Assembly: GCA_964627625.1 (NCBI GenBank)
Contig: CAZVJB010000001.1
Coordinates: 92,736 to 156,735 of the forward strand
Length of the DNA stretch: 64,000 nucleotides
DNA from: an uncultured Halobacteriales archaeon
GTDB taxonomy: Archaea; Thermoplasmatota; E2; JACPAO01; JAHFTW01
Direction of reading: 5' to 3'
The translations under genes were made by a program, and so were the position numbers. Position 1 is the first letter of the stretch, and every line of letters starts with the position of its first letter. Shown here piece after piece: positions 59,726 to 64,000 of the stretch. The notes under the pieces are model-generated. The model saw only the letters and a program-made list of their open reading frames with translations, made no database searches and had not been told where the DNA came from.

Positions 59726-62293
59726 TTGCCGAAGGCCACCAAATCCAACCGCTTGCCCCGTGACGTGCGGCCTGTCCGCTACGACCTACATCTCTTTGCC
59801 GACCCGGCGAAGCAGGATTTCCGCGGTGAAGTCTCAATCGCGCTCGATGTCACGAAGCCGACGGCGGTCATCGTCTTCAACGCTAAGGGCCTCGTCGCGA
59901 CGCAGGCCTTCATTGAACAGAAGGGGAAGCGCATCGCGGCGGGTACGAAGGCCGACGCGAAGGCGGAACGGATGTCTTTCACGCTGGGCGCCCCCGTGGC
60001 AAAAGGCAAGGCCACGCTATTTGTCGCCTACAAAGGCAAGGTCGCGAAGGGAATGGCCGGCCTCTACCTCTCAAAGGACGGCAAGGAGGCCTGCCTCGCA
60101 ACCCAATGCGAAGCCACGGACGCCAGGACGATACTCCCCTGCTTCGACGAACCGGAATACAAAGCCATCTTTGCTTGGACCATAACCGCCCCCAAGAAAC
60201 ACCGCGTTCTGACGAATGGCGCCCTCTCGTCTCGCAAAGTCAAGGGCAATCTAGCGACGACCACGTTCAAGCCGACGGCACCGATGGCGAGCTACCTTGT
60301 CGCCTGTGTCATCGGGCCATTCAAGGCCACTAAGACGGTGCAGGCCAATGGTACGCCCTTTGCCGTCTGGGCCCTCGGCGGGAAGGAGAAGCTCGGCAAC
60401 CACGGCCGCGACCTTGCAGCCGAGATGCTTCCCTGGTACGAGGATTACTTCGGCCAGCCCTACGCCTTCGGCAAGTACGACCAAGTCGCCGTTCCCAGTT
60501 TCGCTTTCGGCGCAATGGAAAACGCCGGCCTAGTCACATTCCGGCCCAGCCTGCTCCTCGTTGACCCAACCATCGCATCCTGGGGCGACCGGCGCGACGT
60601 AGCCCTCGTCGTAGCGCACGAATTTGCGCACATGTGGTTCGGCGACCTCGTCACGATGGCATGGTGGGACGACCTGTGGCTGAACGAAGCCTTCGCAGAA
60701 TGGATGGCGCACAAAATCGTCGATGCGCAACACCCTGACCTCGACGTCTGGAACCGCTTCCGTTCGCGGGCCGCGGGTGCCTTGGCAACGGACACATTAG
60801 CAAGCACGCACGCAATTTACCACCCCATCAAGACGCCGGCAGAGGCGGCTGAGATGTTCGACGCCATCACATACGGCAAAGGCAGCGCCGTCATGCACAT
60901 GCTCGAGGCGTTTCTGGGCGAGGAGGCGTTTCGCAAAGGGCTGCGTTCCTACATGCGCGAGTTCCGCTTCAAGAACGCAAAAGGGGCGGATCTGTGGCGC
61001 CACCTCGGTACAGCAAGCAAGCAGGATGTCGGCGCCATCATGAAGGACTGGGTCCGCCAGCCCGGACACCCGGTTGTGTCCTGCGTATGGGACGGAGCGC
61101 TGCAGGTCACGCAATCCCGCGCCCGCTCGAGCCCCCTTGCAGCCGCCACCAAGCAGACATGGAGAGTGCCGCTCGTCATCCGCTACGAGGACGCAACAGG
61201 AATCCATACGCATCGCCACCTTCTCAAGAAACGCAGCGATACGATTCGCATTCCAGTCGAGGGCCGTCTCCACTGGCTGTGGCCCAACGAGGGCGACGTG
61301 GGATTTTACCAATGCAATCTCGACGCGACCCTGCTGCGGGGCGCCGTTGACCACGCAGGTCGCCTCAAACCGGAAGAGCGCATCGCCGTCGTGCGCGACT
61401 TGTGGTTCCAGGTCCGCGCCGGGGAACGCGACATTCGCGATTTCCTCGAAGCGTTTGGGCACCTCGTCGACGGCGAAGCGCGCTACGATGTCGTCCAGCA
61501 GACCGTCGGCTTGATGCGCGGCGCCGAACGCATCCTCGAAACCGCAGGCAAAACCGACGCCATCGCGCCGCTGCGCGGTTGGGTCGCGCACCGCCTGGGC
61601 GTCAGCTACCGCAAGCTCGGGCCCGAGCCGGCGCCCGGCGAGAACGACATGACCCGCGAACGGCGCGCGGCGCTCCTGCGGGCCATGGCCGGAATTGCTC
61701 GCGACCCGGCAGCCGTCGCCGACGCGCGTGCTGTTGCGGCAAAGGAGCGCAAGGCACCGGCGTCGGTCGATGCGACCGTCTCGGGCGTCGCCGTCGCGGT
61801 CGAGGCGGTCGTCGGCGACGCAACGACCCTTGCGGCCCACCTTGCAACCTACAAATCGCGGCGTGACAAGCACGCCTCGCCCCAGGACGTCGAACGTTAT
61901 CTGTACGTCTTGCCCGCTTTCCGCGACGCCGCCTTGGTGGACCAGGTTCTTGCGACCATCGCAAGCGGAGTAGTGGCGCCGCAGGCCGTCGGTCCAATTC
62001 TGCGCGCCATGTTGATGGAGCCGCACTCGCAACGTCAGTCGTGGATGTACGTCAAAAAGCACTGGACGGAGATCAAAACCAAACTCGGCGAGGCCTGGGT
62101 TGCCAACATCGTCGAGGCGTCCGGCGAGTTGCCCGGGGACCTTGCCATAGAGGTCGTGAAGTTCTACGACGCACGGCTTGGCGAGATGGCCGGCCAGGCC
62201 TATGGTCGGGCCAAGGAGCGGCTTGCGGAGAACGCGGAATTTATGCAGCGCGTCGTCCCCGGAATTGAGCGCTGGGCCAAGTCCTTGGCTTGA
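59726..62293 (+). CDS. M1-family aminopeptidase (aminopeptidase N-like)
   Basis: GAMEN, and HEFAHMWFGDLVT...WLNEAFAEW (HExxH-x18-E). TTG start. Confidence 0.9.
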   Translation: MPKATKSNRLPRDVRPVRYDLHLFADPAKQDFRGEVSIALDVTKPTAVIVFNAKGLVATQAFIEQKGKRIAAGTKADAKAERMSFTLGAPVAKGKATLFVAYKGKVAKGMAGLYLSKDGKEACLATQCEATDARTILPCFDEPEYKAIFAWTITAPKKHRVLTNGALSSRKVKGNLATTTFKPTAPMASYLVACVIGPFKATKTVQANGTPFAVWALGGKEKLGNHGRDLAAEMLPWYEDYFGQPYAFGKYDQVAVPSFAFGAMENAGLVTFRPSLLLVDPTIASWGDRRDVALVVAHEFAHMWFGDLVTMAWWDDLWLNEAFAEWMAHKIVDAQHPDLDVWNRFRSRAAGALATDTLASTHAIYHPIKTPAEAAEMFDAITYGKGSAVMHMLEAFLGEEAFRKGLRSYMREFRFKNAKGADLWRHLGTASKQDVGAIMKDWVRQPGHPVVSCVWDGALQVTQSRARSSPLAAATKQTWRVPLVIRYEDATGIHTHRHLLKKRSDTIRIPVEGRLHWLWPNEGDVGFYQCNLDATLLRGAVDHAGRLKPEERIAVVRDLWFQVRAGERDIRDFLEAFGHLVDGEARYDVVQQTVGLMRGAERILETAGKTDAIAPLRGWVAHRLGVSYRKLGPEPAPGENDMTRERRAALLRAMAGIARDPAAVADARAVAAKERKAPASVDATVSGVAVAVEAVVGDATTLAAHLATYKSRRDKHASPQDVERYLYVLPAFRDAALVDQVLATIASGVVAPQAVGPILRAMLMEPHSQRQSWMYVKKHWTEIKTKLGEAWVANIVEASGELPGDLAIEVVKFYDARLGEMAGQAYGRAKERLAENAEFMQRVVPGIERWAKSLA

Positions 62294-62337
62294 CCATCCG
62301 CCGCAAAGCCTATGCGCGGGCCCGGGACTGGTCGCGC

Positions 62338-63363
62338 ATGAACGTCATGAAAGCCGGCTCTGCGATCGTCGTCATGTGTGCGCTGCTTGCCGGTTGCGGC
62401 GGCCCGCCCGCCTTCCAGGACACGGCGCCCACTAGTCCGGGATTTGGACAGGAGCCCGCCAATGCGACAGTCGAATTCCTCAATTGGCGCGTCGGTGAAT
62501 CCTGGGTGCATCACTGGTACATTGGCGCAAACGACACGGATGAAATCCTCGTCAAAGTGGTCGTCGCAGAAGAACGTTCAGATGGCTGGCTACTTGCCGT
62601 GGCTGACAATGCGACGCACGCGGCGATGCATGGGGCATTTGTCTTCCCGACGCTTGGCTTGTTTGGCGCGACAAAGACGGCCGCCGACGTCGGCGACAAC
62701 CACTGGCCCTGGTACCAATTCCCCATGCAGAACGGGACATGGGCGGACACTTTGACGTCCCGCGATGACGCCGGGGCGTCCTACAACTATCCCGTCCAGA
62801 CGACAGTGACGGCCAAGCCGGGGACGCCGGGGGCATACGACCTTAAAATGCGCACGGGCGAATTCCTCGTCGCCAAATACGATTACTTGCCGGCGTCGCA
62901 CTGGTTCGGGGAGATGCGCATTTACGACTCGGCCAAAGTTTCGGCGCCCGACGACTGGGTAATTCGCATCGTGACGGAGCAGCACTCCTACGGCTTCCAA
63001 GGAACCTTTTACGAGGACAGCGGCGAACTCCTGCTTGCGTACCACAACATCCAGACGCCCGGCGCAACCCCGTCGCCATCCGCGAGCTTCACCATGACTG
63101 CAGAGCAAAACAAACTGTTCACGATTCGCGTGACCTTCGCGGCCGTGGGCGCGCAAGAAACCGCCCTCATTGACCCGAGCATGGACCCCGCGGCCAAGGC
63201 GGTTCATCATCAGGAAGCCTACGGCGCCGACGGTTCGACGGTGAACATTGATCTTTTTGATGGCATCCCTGGGACGTGGCAGGTGGTGGGCACAGGAATT
63301 GGCGTTGCGACCGGTTCCATCGTGTTCGCCTACGGCATCCACGAAAGAGTCGGGACCGTCTAA
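62338..63363 (+). CDS. lipobox lipoprotein
   Basis: MNVMKAGSAIVVMCALLAGCGG. Confidence 0.65.
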   Translation: MNVMKAGSAIVVMCALLAGCGGPPAFQDTAPTSPGFGQEPANATVEFLNWRVGESWVHHWYIGANDTDEILVKVVVAEERSDGWLLAVADNATHAAMHGAFVFPTLGLFGATKTAADVGDNHWPWYQFPMQNGTWADTLTSRDDAGASYNYPVQTTVTAKPGTPGAYDLKMRTGEFLVAKYDYLPASHWFGEMRIYDSAKVSAPDDWVIRIVTEQHSYGFQGTFYEDSGELLLAYHNIQTPGATPSPSASFTMTAEQNKLFTIRVTFAAVGAQETALIDPSMDPAAKAVHHQEAYGADGSTVNIDLFDGIPGTWQVVGTGIGVATGSIVFAYGIHERVGTV

Positions 63364-64000
63364 CGGGTTGCCGCCTTGGCCTGGTAGGATCCCTTCAACT
63401 GGTCCGTCGTGAAACCCGGCGCCGTCTCGCCCGTTACGGCAAAGCGGTACAATGCAGCCTTGTAGACACCCTGGACGACCGCCTGGAGCGCCATGAGAAC
63501 AAGCACAATGGTCACGGCGACTGCGATGATGGGCAGCGCGCTCATCCATTGGCGGGCCACAAGCATTGGCTGCACGATGACGGCCGTAATCATGACGATG
63601 CCCATCATGACGAGGCCGAAGACGAGGCCGACGCCGCCGTTGCCGATGACCTGTTCGCCCCACGTTTTCTTGAAGAGCGAGCCGGAGCGGCCGACGGAAC
63701 CCATGAGTGGAACGTTCTCGTACAGCAGGATGGGCACCATGAAGTACGTCGCAAGCGACCAAGCCATGTTGCCGAGGCCAGCGACAATCTGCCCGGCCAA
63801 GCCGCCACGCTCGCGCAGCAATTGCAAAATGACGTTGACCGTGGCAAGCACCGCAGACCATGCGAGGATGCGGCCGGCCTTCTTGCCCGCCGCGCGCAGT
63901 GCCGAGCCGAGGGTTGGGTCGCCGCCCCGCAAGCGCTCGGTCGCACCGGCCACAACGGCCGCCGCGAAGAAGGTCTGGATGAATGCAAGCGCCAAGTACA
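63360..64000 (-). CDS. DUF6159-like membrane protein, probably 5'-truncated by window end
   Basis: VPILLYENVPLMGSVGRSGSLFKKTWGEQVIGN plus flanking TM helices. The frame is open to the window edge. Confidence 0.5.
   Translation of the reverse strand, partial: YLALAFIQTFFAAAVVAGATERLRGGDPTLGSALRAAGKKAGRILAWSAVLATVNVILQLLRERGGLAGQIVAGLGNMAWSLATYFMVPILLYENVPLMGSVGRSGSLFKKTWGEQVIGNGGVGLVFGLVMMGIVMITAVIVQPMLVARQWMSALPIIAVAVTIVLVLMALQAVVQGVYKAALYRFAVTGETAPGFTTDQLKGSYQAKAATR

Noticed and set aside
60797-63861. ORFs of 421 aa and 423 aa on the - strand (60797-62062 and 62590-63861).
   Set aside because: They are antisense to the M1 aminopeptidase (GAMEN/HExxH) and to a lipobox protein. They are Arg-rich shadows.

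Overview
GC-rich window that is almost entirely coding. The gene content looks archaeal, of euryarchaeal or Thermoplasmatota type. This rests on motifs I recognise by eye: two PurP paralogs, diphthine synthase, Nep1, Trm5, archaeal DtdA, ThrRS with the archaeal N-terminal editing domain, A/V-type ATPase subunit D, a PIN-ATPase-KH protein (COG1855 type), an Lhr-type helicase and ribosomal protein L11. No database search was run, so product names come from recalled motifs and many start codons were chosen by me.

Main blocks:
- 1-1629: a secreted-protein pair. One gene is missing from the ORF track because it runs off the left edge.
- 3294-6918: a five-gene Rieske/split cytochrome b operon with a CxxCH protein.
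- 7038-8845: a PqqD-like gene and a pair of paralogous lipoproteins.
- 8923-21723: housekeeping and catabolic genes, interrupted at 10142-11593 by an islet with weaker G/C third-codon-position bias (SUKH-like gene plus relBE).
- Rest of the window: two cupredoxins, a truncated hemoglobin, a Gly-rich repeat surface protein, 11 lipobox (L-[AS]-G-C) proteins, and four type II toxin-antitoxin pairs (one relBE, three vapBC).

I found no rRNA, tRNA, CRISPR array, integrase or recognisable transposase.

The most unusual signal is non-coding. Arrays of a 9-bp unit (CGCAGATNN / NNATCTGCG) occur at three intergenic sites. Two arrays in inverted orientation share a perfect 15-bp inverted repeat and bracket a single unknown gene (54535-55626). 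The third site (21781-21843) has both ends back to back with only about 20 nt between them. This could be a mobile cassette with a miniature derivative, or a regulator-binding array.

Other unexplained structures:
- an 80-nt nested inverted repeat at 40230-40309
- three stacked perfect GC hairpins at 36105-36245
- a palindrome-bearing in-frame insertion in purP2
- palindromes between TATA-like boxes and the antitoxin start codons

AT-rich TATA-like boxes sit about 22-31 nt upstream of many start codons. This suggests mostly leaderless mRNAs, and I used it to trim the N-terminal extensions in the ORF track.
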